DNA from: a virus
Taxonomy: Duplodnaviria; Caudoviricetes
Length of the DNA stretch: 64,000 nt
Virus record (IMG/VR): IMGVR_UViG_3300025053_000003
Span: 1-64,000 of that record
Direction: 5' to 3' (one strand)
This document shows positions 1 to 9,491 of this stretch, one piece after another. Under the pieces are notes generated by a model. It was not told where the DNA came from and did no database searches. It saw only the letters and a program-made list of their open reading frames with translations. Every line of letters begins with the position of its first letter. Positions within the stretch are counted from its first letter, which is position 1. The translations under genes and the position numbers were made by a program.

Positions 1-279
1 GTCTGTAGGCAGCGACGCAGCATTAGTTGTTCCTGCTCCTAACCCACCAACACCTGTGGCATTGAACGATTTGTCTGCGGTTGCTACCCCCAGGATAAAG
101 TAATCAGTATCCTGTGTGGGGAGCCCGCCTGCTGTACTTCCTGTTGGCTCACCGTGCGTAAGCGTACCCAGACACCCTGTCGTAGTCAGCGCAGATGTAG
201 AGTCCTGCCGATAGATCGTACCTTTTGCGGTATCGGCTGAGACTGTCGCTAAATCTGTTGTATACGAAGGAGCTGCCAT
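1..279 (-). CDS. Virion structural/fibre-like protein, 5' part (runs off the window)
   Basis: ATG at 279 gives an open frame to base 1 (MAAPSYTTDLATVSADTAKG...TTNAASLPTD); Thr/Gly/Ala-rich; follows fibre genes. Confidence 0.7.
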   Translation of the reverse strand, partial: MAAPSYTTDLATVSADTAKGTIYRQDSTSALTTTGCLGTLTHGEPTGSTAGGLPTQDTDYFILGVATADKSFNATGVGGLGAGTTNAASLPTD

Positions 280-280
280 T

Positions 281-715
281 TTATGTAATAACCCTTGCCT
301 GAGAGATTAGAGAATCGCCAGAATAATTAAAATCTATTTGCAGAGAAGCGTTATCAGACGATCGCAGGATCGTCTTACGAGTGAGGTTCTCGCCTGTGTA
401 GTTAAACGACACAGCCAACAATGCCACCACCTTCGTGTCGTCTGCATACAAGGTAAAACCATCAAGAACATCTCCTGTGTATTCAAATTCTTTGAAGAAC
501 TCAGGGTTGGCCGTTGCGATAGCCAGCTCTAATTCCAGGCTGTTTATCCTACTGTCATCTCCTGATGTCAGGGTGAGATCCACCCATGCGGTACCAGTAC
601 ACCAGTACGGCTTATTGTCTGCCGCCAACCGCAGGGTCGCCCCTGCCAAATCCGCACTTGCGGCAGGCAGGGAGGACACTACGGGAACTGTTTGTGGGCT
701 TAATAACTTACCCAA
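281..715 (-). CDS. Hypothetical virion/fibre-associated protein
   Basis: 144 aa ORF overlapping the end of the fibre gene. Confidence 0.65.
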   Translation of the reverse strand: MGKLLSPQTVPVVSSLPAASADLAGATLRLAADNKPYWCTGTAWVDLTLTSGDDSRINSLELELAIATANPEFFKEFEYTGDVLDGFTLYADDTKVVALLAVSFNYTGENLTRKTILRSSDNASLQIDFNYSGDSLISQARVIT

Positions 716-2165
716 CTATCGAAACCGCAAATTGATCAGTGGTCGGGGCAACCGAGAACCGTAAGGTCACGGTGTTGGTTGTGGTCTTCTCTACATCGAC
801 GCCAACCTCATCCCAAGGAGTAGAGTTACGGTAAACAGAAACAGCGACTCCTCTGTTGCCAAGACTATGAGTAAGAACATACGAAGTTTCCGCCCCGTCT
901 CCCACCAGGAACCCAATCCGCCGAGCAACATAGGTGTTTGCCGCGCCCAAAGCTACAGTCGGGTCAACCTTAACGCCGGTGCTGGACACGGACAAGCCGG
1001 AGGTGCCCCCGGTGTCTGGTTTTACAGAGAGGGTGTTCCCGAGCTTGTCTAAGCCGCTGCCTGCCGTAATCTGCCCGGCACCAGAGAATTGGGTGAAGGA
1101 AAGGCCAGTCGAGCCAAGGGTAATAGGATCATTCGTGGTCAGAACATACCCGGCGTCGGCACTTGCAGTGCCCTCAGAAACAAACACATACATGCCGGAG
1201 GACACCTTGGCGGTGGTGTTAGCATCAGTGGACCGAGATGCCGCCCCAGACGCAGCAACGACGTAGATACCATTCTGGCTCGCAGTGCTCTGATTTTTCA
1301 AGAGTACTCGATCGCCAGTAGCAACTACAACTTCGTCGATGGTAACTCCGTCAACCAAAGCAGAAGCGATTGTGATGTTCTCCGTGGAGGCAACCCGGAC
1401 AGAATCCTTAATATCCAGGCCCTGTTTAACCGCGTCAACATAGCCTTTGTTCGCAGCGTCAGTGTCTTCTGTACACGTAGCCAACCCGGTGATCTTCTTG
1501 TTGTTCATTGCTACGTCAGCAGAAGGCGCAGCAAACGAATTTAATGTAGTAGCGGTAGTAGCGTAATCAGTTGCAGCGGTGTAGGCTGCCGTGCCCAAGG
1601 TGCCGCCGGTACCTATCGCGAGGGTAGAACCATCGGTGCCGGAAATCGTCAGTGTGTTGTTGACAGTGAAAGTTTTTGTATCGGCAATCGTCAACGTACC
1701 GGTGGAGGTAGAAACCGTCAAACCATTGACAGTAATACCGGCCAGGGCAAGCGCCCCACTGCCGCGGTTAAGGGCTACAGAAGTCGTACCAATATAGGTA
1801 ACATCATCAGAGAACGCCAGGTTCTTTTCTGCTGATCCGTTATGGAACTTCAGCCGGTTACTGGCATTGTATACGTCGCCGCTGACTGCTGTGTTGTCCG
1901 CGCCAGCAGGCAGGTTCAAAGAGGCGGTTACTGTTGCGCTGGGGGTGGCGAGTGTCTGTTTGCCACTGAACGTGTTCGTGGCGCGAGTCGCGAGCTGTAG
2001 CCAGTCGGTGCCGTTGTAATAAGTGGGTTGGTTAATGCTGCCGGCAGTGTTGAGGTACAGTTGCCCGGTTGCGGGCGTTGCCGGAGGCGTAGCAAGGGAC
2101 TGAAGTGCTACGTTTTGAAGTTCGTTTTTGTTGAGATCGATTGATGTTAGAAACTGTTTAGCCAT
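708..2165 (-). CDS. Tail fibre-like protein
   Basis: 485 aa, T/A/G/S-rich; contains DAANKGYVD and GLDIKDSVRVASTENI...GDRVLLKNQSTASQNGIYVV motifs typical of phage fibres; RBS upstream. Confidence 0.75.
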   Translation of the reverse strand: MAKQFLTSIDLNKNELQNVALQSLATPPATPATGQLYLNTAGSINQPTYYNGTDWLQLATRATNTFSGKQTLATPSATVTASLNLPAGADNTAVSGDVYNASNRLKFHNGSAEKNLAFSDDVTYIGTTSVALNRGSGALALAGITVNGLTVSTSTGTLTIADTKTFTVNNTLTISGTDGSTLAIGTGGTLGTAAYTAATDYATTATTLNSFAAPSADVAMNNKKITGLATCTEDTDAANKGYVDAVKQGLDIKDSVRVASTENITIASALVDGVTIDEVVVATGDRVLLKNQSTASQNGIYVVAASGAASRSTDANTTAKVSSGMYVFVSEGTASADAGYVLTTNDPITLGSTGLSFTQFSGAGQITAGSGLDKLGNTLSVKPDTGGTSGLSVSSTGVKVDPTVALGAANTYVARRIGFLVGDGAETSYVLTHSLGNRGVAVSVYRNSTPWDEVGVDVEKTTTNTVTLRFSVAPTTDQFAVSIVG

Positions 2166-2183
2166 GATAGGTTCCTCTTTGTT

Positions 2184-2405
2184 TTAGATTAGACGTGCAA
2201 CCCCAGAAAAAATACCAGAGAAGGTTATAGTTAGAGAATTTGCATCTGTATGAATTATTGTACCTTCAACAGTTGTTCCTCCTGAATCCAATACTACTGC
2301 AACAGGATAACGACCTAAATTATGATTTATCACCCATTCACTTAAGGGAACGGCTTGCTCATGAACAAATCCGGCCAATCCTGGGACTATCTGTTTAGCT
2401 AACAA
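2184..2405 (-). CDS. Small fibre-associated beta-sandwich protein
   Basis: WVINHNLGRYPVAVV...NSLTITFS resembles the C-terminus of 708..2165. Confidence 0.7.
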   Translation of the reverse strand: MLAKQIVPGLAGFVHEQAVPLSEWVINHNLGRYPVAVVLDSGGTTVEGTIIHTDANSLTITFSGIFSGVARLI

Positions 2406-2476
2406 TTATTCACCCCGATATACTATAAATTTGGCCTGGTATAGCCAATACTCGTCTTAATAAAATCAAATTTGTT

Positions 2477-2803
2477 TTATCCTAAATTGTCAGCAGTCCA
2501 GAATACTTCTATCCCGTATGTTTTATTGCCAACATTTGCCCATGCAATAACAGCCTTATCACCAGCGACAAACGGCACTGGATTATCAGGAACATAAATA
2601 TAATCAGAAATAGAAGTCATATCCTGAAGGGCAAGAACAGCATCATAAGTAGCGCCAGCATTAGCATCAGTCGTAACGGTAAGATTGCCTGCGCCGCCTG
2701 CTTCACTAAGATGAACCTTAATTGCGATTAACCTAAAATTAATGCCGGGATCGATAGTTAATGATATTGCCCCAGTTTCTGCCGTTGATCTTTGTACTCT
2801 CAT
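2477..2803 (-). CDS. Hypothetical virion protein
   Basis: 108 aa beta-rich ORF with RBS in the structural operon. Confidence 0.7.
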   Translation of the reverse strand: MRVQRSTAETGAISLTIDPGINFRLIAIKVHLSEAGGAGNLTVTTDANAGATYDAVLALQDMTSISDYIYVPDNPVPFVAGDKAVIAWANVGNKTYGIEVFWTADNLG

Positions 2804-2818
2804 ATTGATTCCCCTTAA

Positions 2819-3436
2819 CTAATTATCAGCTATTGTTGACGCATTATATGCGTTGATACATAGACAGGCATCAACCGCCCCACCAGATTCATTCAAAACC
2901 CTAATTAAACAGGGTTTTATTGGAGTTAAAATTATTTCATCAGCAAATGTGCCTGCTGACCCACTGCGAGTCTGCCCTTGATGTATTCCTAAAATAGCGC
3001 ATCCTTCTTTACAAATTGCACCGGTTAAATCAATGGTAGGGTTGCGCCAGGCAGTTCCACCGAATACAATGGAAGATCCCCACTTTTTATTCACAATTAT
3101 AATCTCAGTACCTCCAGTACTCATTTCATTACTTGCCAATTCATAAACTAAAATTCTACCCTTTCCTCCTAATCGGTAGGAAATTGAAATATGCGGGTAA
3201 TTGGTTCCGGTGGCTTTAATTACAACATCCAGTGTTGCATTATTAGCCACCACCACATTCGTACTTGACCCAGTCGAATCAATATTGAACATTACTCCCT
3301 GGTGAATACGAGAATGAGGGTCATCAGCATAAGGCTTCTTACTTGCAGAAAGAGATTGTACTTGTAGAGGGTTCGAGCGATTAATAACCCCAGAACTATC
3401 TTTAAGCTCTGCGCTTTCATTAAAAATAGTTGTCAC
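2819..3436 (-). CDS. Hypothetical virion protein
   Basis: 205 aa ORF, overlap-coupled to the upstream gene. Confidence 0.7.
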   Translation of the reverse strand: MTTIFNESAELKDSSGVINRSNPLQVQSLSASKKPYADDPHSRIHQGVMFNIDSTGSSTNVVVANNATLDVVIKATGTNYPHISISYRLGGKGRILVYELASNEMSTGGTEIIIVNKKWGSSIVFGGTAWRNPTIDLTGAICKEGCAILGIHQGQTRSGSAGTFADEIILTPIKPCLIRVLNESGGAVDACLCINAYNASTIADN

Positions 3437-3726
3437 TGACTAAGCCTCACTATTGCTTCGCCGGATGTATAATTACCTTCTTTAATTCCAGCCCTGTATA
3501 CGACACCAGCTTCTGGCTCAAACCCAAACTCTTGTGCAACAATAGAGAACGATTTTACATCATACCAAGTATCGCCAGAATCAAATGAACGCTGAATAGT
3601 AACTACTCCTACAAATGTTCCAGAAATAGAGCAATTAAAATACCCTTTTAATTCAGCAGAATCAGTGAAAATATTAGAAGTAGAGATGGTTCTTTCGACT
3701 TTTTTAACTGGTCTATTGATTGCCAT
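3433..3726 (-). CDS. Hypothetical virion protein
   Basis: 97 aa; SISGTFVGVVTIQRSFDSGDTWYDV jelly-roll-like motif seen in phage structural operons. Confidence 0.7.
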   Translation of the reverse strand: MAINRPVKKVERTISTSNIFTDSAELKGYFNCSISGTFVGVVTIQRSFDSGDTWYDVKSFSIVAQEFGFEPEAGVVYRAGIKEGNYTSGEAIVRLSQ

Positions 3727-3851
3727 ATCGTTCCTTTTCTACTACTGAAGAAAATATTGGGTTCATGATACTTTTGATGTATCTATCTTCTTTAACAAAT
3801 TCAGGTTTTATAAAGAAGGATTTAATTCTATTTATTAAGTTTTTAATATAC

Positions 3852-4169
3852 TCAATCATTGACGAATTTCTCATAAAGAGACTTATGGGAATATTCAAGC
3901 AGTTCTTTTTCTTTACACGCTTTCAGTCTACCTTGAATAATGTTTAACATCTTATGGCCGATATCAATTTTCTTCGTTTCATCATTAATCCATTTTACAT
4001 TATTCTCTTCATTATGTGTAATTTGGAATTTCAGGTGTTCTTCTTCTGAAAATGATAATTCTTGAATCAAATTGTGATAACATCCATAAAGGGTTAAATC
4101 TACATCTCTAATATCCGGTAATACATTCAATAATATAATCCGGTCATAAACATTTAACTCAAAGTCCAT
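3852..4169 (-). CDS. Hypothetical protein (possible assembly chaperone)
   Basis: 105 aa helical ORF (LNVYDRIILLNVLP...LSFSEEEH). Confidence 0.6.
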   Translation of the reverse strand: MDFELNVYDRIILLNVLPDIRDVDLTLYGCYHNLIQELSFSEEEHLKFQITHNEENNVKWINDETKKIDIGHKMLNIIQGRLKACKEKELLEYSHKSLYEKFVND

Positions 4170-4785
4170 TTACTTTTCTCCCATTCTTAATCCAAGTATC
4201 TTGTGTTACGTTCAGAGTCCCGATGTGAGCGTTTGTGCAACTGGTGTCAACAAAGATCTTGTATCCTAAATTTCTCACTTTAATGCAGAATCCAAAATCT
4301 TCACTGATAACTCCATTGTGATAAGGGTAATTCATCTCGAACCACTTATTTTTATCCATTCTTTTAAATACTTCTGTCTTAACCAATAAAGAAGCTGCGC
4401 CTACTGCATCAATTTGAACTAATTCGTTCTCTTCCCATTCGGTTATGTTTTTGAATCTGTTATTTTCTTCCTTGAACATAATCGGGTCATAGGGTTCTGA
4501 CCGTCTAAAACTCAAGCCCGACACTATCTGTTTGTCGTGCTGCAATAATTTAGGAATAGTATCAGGGTGGTGGCGATGATCGGTGTCAAGGAACAGTACA
4601 TGGCTAAATGAATCGTCTTTAAGAGCTGCATGAATTATCGAATTGCGTTGGTCGTCTACTCTGCCTCGGTTCCCGATTATTACGCTGTGTTGGGGTTTCT
4701 TTAATTCTATCCATGATTCGAAGAATTGGATATTGAGGAAGTCCCAATTACAGGGGAGACCGATGGCGATGTTTAATTCTCCCAT
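4159..4785 (-). CDS. Glycosyltransferase family 2 (GT-A fold)
   Basis: QRNSII, HVLFLDTD (DxD), IVSG, DAVGAASLLVKTEVF, SEDFGFC, KIFVDTS motifs. Confidence 0.85.
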   Translation of the reverse strand: MGELNIAIGLPCNWDFLNIQFFESWIELKKPQHSVIIGNRGRVDDQRNSIIHAALKDDSFSHVLFLDTDHRHHPDTIPKLLQHDKQIVSGLSFRRSEPYDPIMFKEENNRFKNITEWEENELVQIDAVGAASLLVKTEVFKRMDKNKWFEMNYPYHNGVISEDFGFCIKVRNLGYKIFVDTSCTNAHIGTLNVTQDTWIKNGRKVNGL

Positions 4786-5516
4786 TATAGAGGCCCGTTG
4801 ATTGCTAGTTCGGGGAAGTTTAACTTATGCAGCAATCCTTCCCTTATAATGAATTTATCTCTATCTAATGCTGCATTCCGTGGAGAATTAAAACCTGCGG
4901 TAGTAAATACAACCTTGCCGTTATACATTATCCTTGCTTGAAAACTATCACTGCCTTTATGATAACTTACGCCACAATATCCACTAGAATTCGAATCTCT
5001 TAATAACCTTGAATTTAACGAATTTACTTGACAAGTAACAAACCTGCAATTCTCTGGGGAGTAAGGTCCATCATTGTCTTCCCTATCAATTTCTAATCCT
5101 TCTGAATATGCATTAACTTTACACCAACCGATAAATTTTTGTGGGTCATTCAACCATTCATCACATACATAAATACCACGACCGCCATAATCTTTGTACT
5201 GTTTTTGATTTTTATTATAACAACGTCTCTTGACACTCAACCAAAGACTATAAAACTTATCGATATTATTTCTTTGGGAGAACCCGTGTTTTGTATTTCT
5301 TTCTTTAATTTTTTCTAAATTAAAACAACCACAAGAATTCGTATGTCCTGAAGTTAAAGAATACAATAGAACCTCGACTTTTGTTTTATCAACGCAATTA
5401 CATTCGCAAAGAAATCTCCGTCTTCCCCATTTATTTTTATCAATTTCTTCGACAATTTTTAATCTACCAAATTCTTGTCCAATTACTACATTAATTCTAT
5501 TCTGCCCACCTCTCAT
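4785..5516 (-). CDS. HNH homing endonuclease with C-terminal AP2 domain
   Basis: FGRLKIVEE..CECNC..SCGC; KRRCYN..YGGRGIYVCDEW; IDREDNDGPYSPENCRFVT; NSSGYCGVSYHK..FQARI. Confidence 0.9.
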   Translation of the reverse strand: MRGGQNRINVVIGQEFGRLKIVEEIDKNKWGRRRFLCECNCVDKTKVEVLLYSLTSGHTNSCGCFNLEKIKERNTKHGFSQRNNIDKFYSLWLSVKRRCYNKNQKQYKDYGGRGIYVCDEWLNDPQKFIGWCKVNAYSEGLEIDREDNDGPYSPENCRFVTCQVNSLNSRLLRDSNSSGYCGVSYHKGSDSFQARIMYNGKVVFTTAGFNSPRNAALDRDKFIIREGLLHKLNFPELAINGPL

Positions 5517-5550
5517 AGTATTCCTCCTATGCTAATCCATTTAATAAAAA

Positions 5551-5604
5551 TTGGGGAAAAAGATGGATTAAGTCTTCTTGTCAGGTTCGAATCCCTATCC
5601 CCAA
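5551..5604 (-). ncRNA. Structured HNH-leader RNA motif, copy D
   Basis: TTGGGG-ATAGG-GATTCGAA-CCTGAC-AAGAAGA-CTTAATCCA-TCTTTTT-CCCCAA, ~35 nt upstream of the HNH start. Confidence 0.75.
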
Positions 5605-5627
5605 AATAATATAATAATTTAAACTAC

Positions 5628-5948
5628 TTATGCAGCGAACACGACTAACCCTTTTACAACATGAATATTTGTGACGGCTCCAGAACTGAAGTCAATACCG
5701 GCTGTCAGTCCTACGACATATGCGTCCGCAGAACAAGAAGTTCCAAGGTCTGCGCTCGCCCCAGTTAAAATTAATTTATCCGCTGAGGCATCCCAAGTGG
5801 CGTTGCTTGATGCAGTGTCACCATACATGATCACATCTACGCCGGAATCGTCAACGCCGAAGGATACACTTGCAGCAGTTCCTGCAACTTTCCGTTTAAA
5901 AATTAATTTTCCAGATTCCCACGTTGATTTTACATTTGTTACTGGCAT
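5628..5948 (-). CDS. Hypothetical virion protein
   Basis: 106 aa ORF with AAGGAG RBS in the head module. Confidence 0.75.
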   Translation of the reverse strand: MPVTNVKSTWESGKLIFKRKVAGTAASVSFGVDDSGVDVIMYGDTASSNATWDASADKLILTGASADLGTSCSADAYVVGLTAGIDFSSGAVTNIHVVKGLVVFAA

Positions 5949-6025
5949 AATAATCTCCTTCTCCGTACCGGCTTTTATTCCGGTTTAAGGAAGCGGTTCC
6001 CCCTATTAAATTATTTTAAAACACT

Positions 6026-6334
6026 TTAAGTTTTCTTTTTCGGCCTTCCCGCTTTCTTCTTAGGCGGAGACTGAATCATTTTGTTCATCGGTGTCTCATG
6101 AATCATTTTATCTACTTCAGGGGCATCGATACTCTTTTGCTCTTCTTGTTGCTCTTTCTTCAATTCTGGTTCTTGCGTTTGTTTTACTGGTTTAGCGGTA
6201 GACGTTGCATCTACAATTTCGGCTACTCCTCTTTGGACTAATTCAAGAGCCTTTTGCTTGATAATAGTAAAGGTGTCCGGGGGGACGCGCCCGAGCCATT
6301 CACCTTTTACCATTCTTACTTTTAAATATTCCAT
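6026..6334 (-). CDS. Hypothetical protein downstream of the capsid genes, basic C-terminus
   Basis: 102 aa; GGGAG RBS; ends KKKAGRPKKKT. Confidence 0.75.
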   Translation of the reverse strand: MEYLKVRMVKGEWLGRVPPDTFTIIKQKALELVQRGVAEIVDATSTAKPVKQTQEPELKKEQQEEQKSIDAPEVDKMIHETPMNKMIQSPPKKKAGRPKKKT

Positions 6335-6369
6335 TTGTTCTCCCGGTTAATGGATTTAATTGATTTTAG

Positions 6370-6444
6370 TGGAGGCGGGATCGGGACTTGAACCCGAATA
6401 TTTAGGATATGAGCCTAAAAAGTTAACCATTACTATATCCCGCT
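6370..6444 (-). tRNA. tRNA-Met(CAT), initiator-like
   Basis: Cloverleaf: AGCGGGA/TCCCGCC acceptor, TTAGG-CTCATAT-CCTAA anticodon arm, TCGGG-TTCAAGT-CCCGA T arm, encoded CCA. Confidence 0.9.
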
Positions 6445-6523
6445 TAAAATTGGGGCATATTTCAGCCCCGTAATTTCCGCTATGTTTTATCCCTTAACCC
6501 TTTAAAAGATTAAGGAATAAGGG

Positions 6524-7006
6524 TTAAACGATTGCGGTAGGGGTAGAAGTCCCAGCAATAGTCCGAGGAGCAGACATAATACAAGCAACACTACCGGAAA
6601 CTGGAGAATCAGTCCCTTCAGTTACAGTAAGGCGGGCGAACTTGTCAGTGCCACTAAGTTCAGAAGCATTAACTTCCACCACCACCATACTCCCGGCCCC
6701 AGCGGCAGTCGTATAGCCTACAGCCGTGGCCGCAGTAACTGCCCCAAGGGTATCGCCAGAACTCGCTACCGCGTAAACAAACGGGATGGCGGTTGCAGTG
6801 CCAGGGGCAGTAGTGTCACAACTATCAACAGTGATCGTTGCGGTGCCAGTAGCGCCTACTCCACGGGAGATAACCCAAGTCGCTCTCTCAAAGTTAGAGA
6901 GATTCACGATATCGGTTGAAAATCCACCTTCATAGAGATCATCCATTGCAGCACCAGTAGGCATTGCGTTAACAAAATGTACTTCTTCAATCAGTCTTCC
7001 ACTCAT
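6524..7006 (-). CDS. Putative capsid decoration protein
   Basis: 160 aa, A/T/G-rich (TDIVNLSNFERATWVISRGVGATGTATITV); next structural gene after the major capsid protein. Confidence 0.65.
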   Translation of the reverse strand: MSGRLIEEVHFVNAMPTGAAMDDLYEGGFSTDIVNLSNFERATWVISRGVGATGTATITVDSCDTTAPGTATAIPFVYAVASSGDTLGAVTAATAVGYTTAAGAGSMVVVEVNASELSGTDKFARLTVTEGTDSPVSGSVACIMSAPRTIAGTSTPTAIV

Positions 7007-7028
7007 GATTTTATTCCTCCGTTATTTT

Positions 7029-7973
7029 TTATTGTGAACGTGCAGCAAACCAAAAACTACTACTTGAATTAAACCATCTTTGCCAAATTTCTCTGTTGTG
7101 GTTAGTTTTACCATGACAACTAGAGCATAAAGTTATTAAATTATCATCATCCGAATCGGTCTTTATATAATTTTTATGATGAATAACTAAAAATATTTTC
7201 TTGTTCCCTTTTCTTCCACAAAGTTGGCAACGAAAGTTGTCTCGTTTCTTTATCTTCTTTTTAAGTCTTTTATTAAAACTAGGAGAATATTCACCAAAAG
7301 ATATTCCTCCTAACCAAGTTGAAGATCCTTCACCAGTTTTACCAATTGACAAGCATTCATCAGAACAGTAAAATTTAGAGTGCCTTTCTGACACTGCTTT
7401 TGTTACCATTTTCCCCTTTTCGCATACAGAACATTTTACTTCTACTTGCGAAAAATTAGGATGATTCTCTCCTTGCCAATTTAAATGTTGCCAATTGTGT
7501 AAACACTTCCTATAACAAAAACAATTTTCTTTATTCTCTAAATCTTCCGGCCTAACAAAAATAATTTCATTACAATTTATGCAATTTGTTTCTACTTTAT
7601 TCCTGATATGATTTAAATAACACTTCCTAGAACAAAAACTTCCGTTTGTCTTTTTGTGTTCGTACTCTTTTCTTTTAAAATCACTACCGCACCCATCACA
7701 GGTAAGTGTCACATTTTTATATGATGATAAACATTTACGACTACAGCAGAATCTTTTATTTTTACGCTTATCATATCTTGACTTGTGAATCATAAATACT
7801 GTTTCACAATTTTCACAAATTACTTCTACTTGTTTAAACTTATCATTATTCCTACAAGTAGTATTGCAATAAAATCTTTTTGTTTTATTGGCGTTGTATG
7901 CCCGTTCAGTAATAATCTTTGGTTTGCCGCACGTTTCACATTTTACTTCAATTTTATTCGCTCTTTTACCCAT
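7029..7973 (-). CDS. HNH endonuclease with tandem CxxC...FCSxxC zinc-finger repeats
   Basis: Repeated CxxC/FCSxxC units; C-terminal RDNFRCQLCG..IHHKNYIKTD..NLITLCSSCHGKTN. Confidence 0.9.
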   Translation of the reverse strand: MGKRANKIEVKCETCGKPKIITERAYNANKTKRFYCNTTCRNNDKFKQVEVICENCETVFMIHKSRYDKRKNKRFCCSRKCLSSYKNVTLTCDGCGSDFKRKEYEHKKTNGSFCSRKCYLNHIRNKVETNCINCNEIIFVRPEDLENKENCFCYRKCLHNWQHLNWQGENHPNFSQVEVKCSVCEKGKMVTKAVSERHSKFYCSDECLSIGKTGEGSSTWLGGISFGEYSPSFNKRLKKKIKKRDNFRCQLCGRKGNKKIFLVIHHKNYIKTDSDDDNLITLCSSCHGKTNHNREIWQRWFNSSSSFWFAARSQ

Positions 7974-8009
7974 ACATACATACTCCCACTATAATCCCGT
8001 ATGATAATC

Positions 8010-8063
8010 AGTGCGGAAGTCAATCGGGAGATATTGACTTATCGGGTGCCCCCTATCCGCACT
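8010..8063 (-). ncRNA. Structured HNH-leader RNA motif, copy A
   Basis: AGTGCGG-ATAGG-GGGCA-CCCGAT-AAGTCAAT-ATCTCCCG-ATTGACTT-CCGCACT. Confidence 0.8.
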
Positions 8064-8078
8064 AAAGTTTAACTAATC

Positions 8079-9332
8079 TTACCGAGCCTCAAGAGTTACA
8101 ATCGGGGAGATTGTAGTTGCTGTGGATTGAGGAGGTGTGACTGCTGATTTCCAGGCGCAACTTCCGTCCATTCTGAAAACGAATTTATACGCTGTTTGGT
8201 CTGCGTCGAATTTTAGATGCACAGATGAACTATAAACACCATTTGCTTCTGCGCCAGCTTTAATTGCAACATAATACTGACTCCAATCTACAAGAATGAT
8301 ATCACCAGCAGAAGAAAGTGCAGAACAATGCTTGTTATATACAACTGGAAGACCCATCAAAGTATCAAATGGGCGACCGGCGGCCCCATTAGCCGGGAGC
8401 CAGACAGGAATTCCGCCTGTTCCTACGGCCATGGACATAGTGGCAAGGGTCGGGAGGCAAGCAGGATTTACCATCCAGATAGCATTTACCTTATCATTAA
8501 TACGGGTGTACATATTAAGGATATTCTCGAAGAGAATAGTATTTGCGCCCTGCCCAGTTTCCTTAGAAACGGTAACAAGAGCAGCAGAATTTAAGATCCC
8601 TTGCGGCTTACCAGCACCTGAGCCACGAATTAGAGCATCATTCATCTCAAAAGTCAAGGCGTCACGGAAAGAATCACGAAGAATAACTTCCATGGAAGCA
8701 GGGCTATCAGAGATCATTTCGTCAGTAACGAAAGCCATCAGGCCGAGTTTCTTCAGAGAAAGCCGGAGCTTACCGAACTTCATAGAGCTACCAGTGTGGG
8801 TGTCCTCTTCGTCCATCCAGGTGGCCTGAACATTACCATAAGTCTTGCCGGAACTCTCATCAAAGCCATTTACATAAGGCATTTCGATGGTGTTACGCTG
8901 AAGGGGGACCTTCCGAGTCCGACCGAATGCAAGGTCTTCCTGCATAACGGGACGCAGGAGATCAGAACTCCACTCAGGCGGGATAAGATAAGCACCAGCT
9001 TCGTTATCAGTAACATTCTGAGACGGAGAACCAGCAGCTTTGGTTTCCCACTTCTTCAACTCTTCAGAAACATTGCCGCGATTAGCCTTATAAACGTGAA
9101 CACCGAAGTTGCTCAAAGTTTTAAAGCCAGCAGTGGGGTCTTTGTCAATAGGGTCAGCACCCACCTGAATCCGCTGTTCAATCGGCTCAACAGCCGCCTT
9201 GATCTTAGCGTCAATTTCAGTAGCAAGTGCTTCCTTAAACTTAGCAACAGCCTCATCCACAACGCCAACCGCGCCCTTCGCAATTACTTCATTCAATTCT
9301 TCAACGGTCATAGTTTTCTTTTCAGTATCCAT
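8079..9332 (-). CDS. Major capsid protein, HK97 fold
   Basis: 417 aa; coiled-coil delta domain, AGAYLIPPEW, GSGAGKPQGIL, TLMGLPVVYN, FDADQTAYKFVFRMDG. Confidence 0.95.
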   Translation of the reverse strand: MDTEKKTMTVEELNEVIAKGAVGVVDEAVAKFKEALATEIDAKIKAAVEPIEQRIQVGADPIDKDPTAGFKTLSNFGVHVYKANRGNVSEELKKWETKAAGSPSQNVTDNEAGAYLIPPEWSSDLLRPVMQEDLAFGRTRKVPLQRNTIEMPYVNGFDESSGKTYGNVQATWMDEEDTHTGSSMKFGKLRLSLKKLGLMAFVTDEMISDSPASMEVILRDSFRDALTFEMNDALIRGSGAGKPQGILNSAALVTVSKETGQGANTILFENILNMYTRINDKVNAIWMVNPACLPTLATMSMAVGTGGIPVWLPANGAAGRPFDTLMGLPVVYNKHCSALSSAGDIILVDWSQYYVAIKAGAEANGVYSSSVHLKFDADQTAYKFVFRMDGSCAWKSAVTPPQSTATTISPIVTLEAR

Positions 9333-9439
9333 TATTTAAATCTCCTTTATCTCTTTGTTCGTTTGTTTAGATCGCCTAACATCTCTTAAATGTCTCCAGC
9401 GAAAATTTTCCTTGACGGAATGCTATTTTTATCGTATTG

Positions 9440-9479
9440 TTAAAATGGGAGGGTATACTCAGTCTTCCTCCCATTTTAA
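9440..9479. terminator. 13-bp hairpin between protease and capsid genes (terminator or mRNA stabiliser)
   Basis: TTAAAATGGGAGG-N14-CCTCCCATTTTAA. Confidence 0.55.
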
Positions 9480-9491
9480 AATTAAACTATG

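Noticed and set aside
5553-5602. Plus-strand D-armless tRNA-like element (GGTTCGAATCC)
   Set aside because: The T-stem is mismatched, it is antisense to the operon, and the minus strand fits the four-copy HNH-leader consensus much better
9412-9440. Plus-strand sigma70-like TTGACG-17-TATTGT
   Set aside because: Antisense to the protease gene, weak -10, plausible by chance in AT-rich DNA
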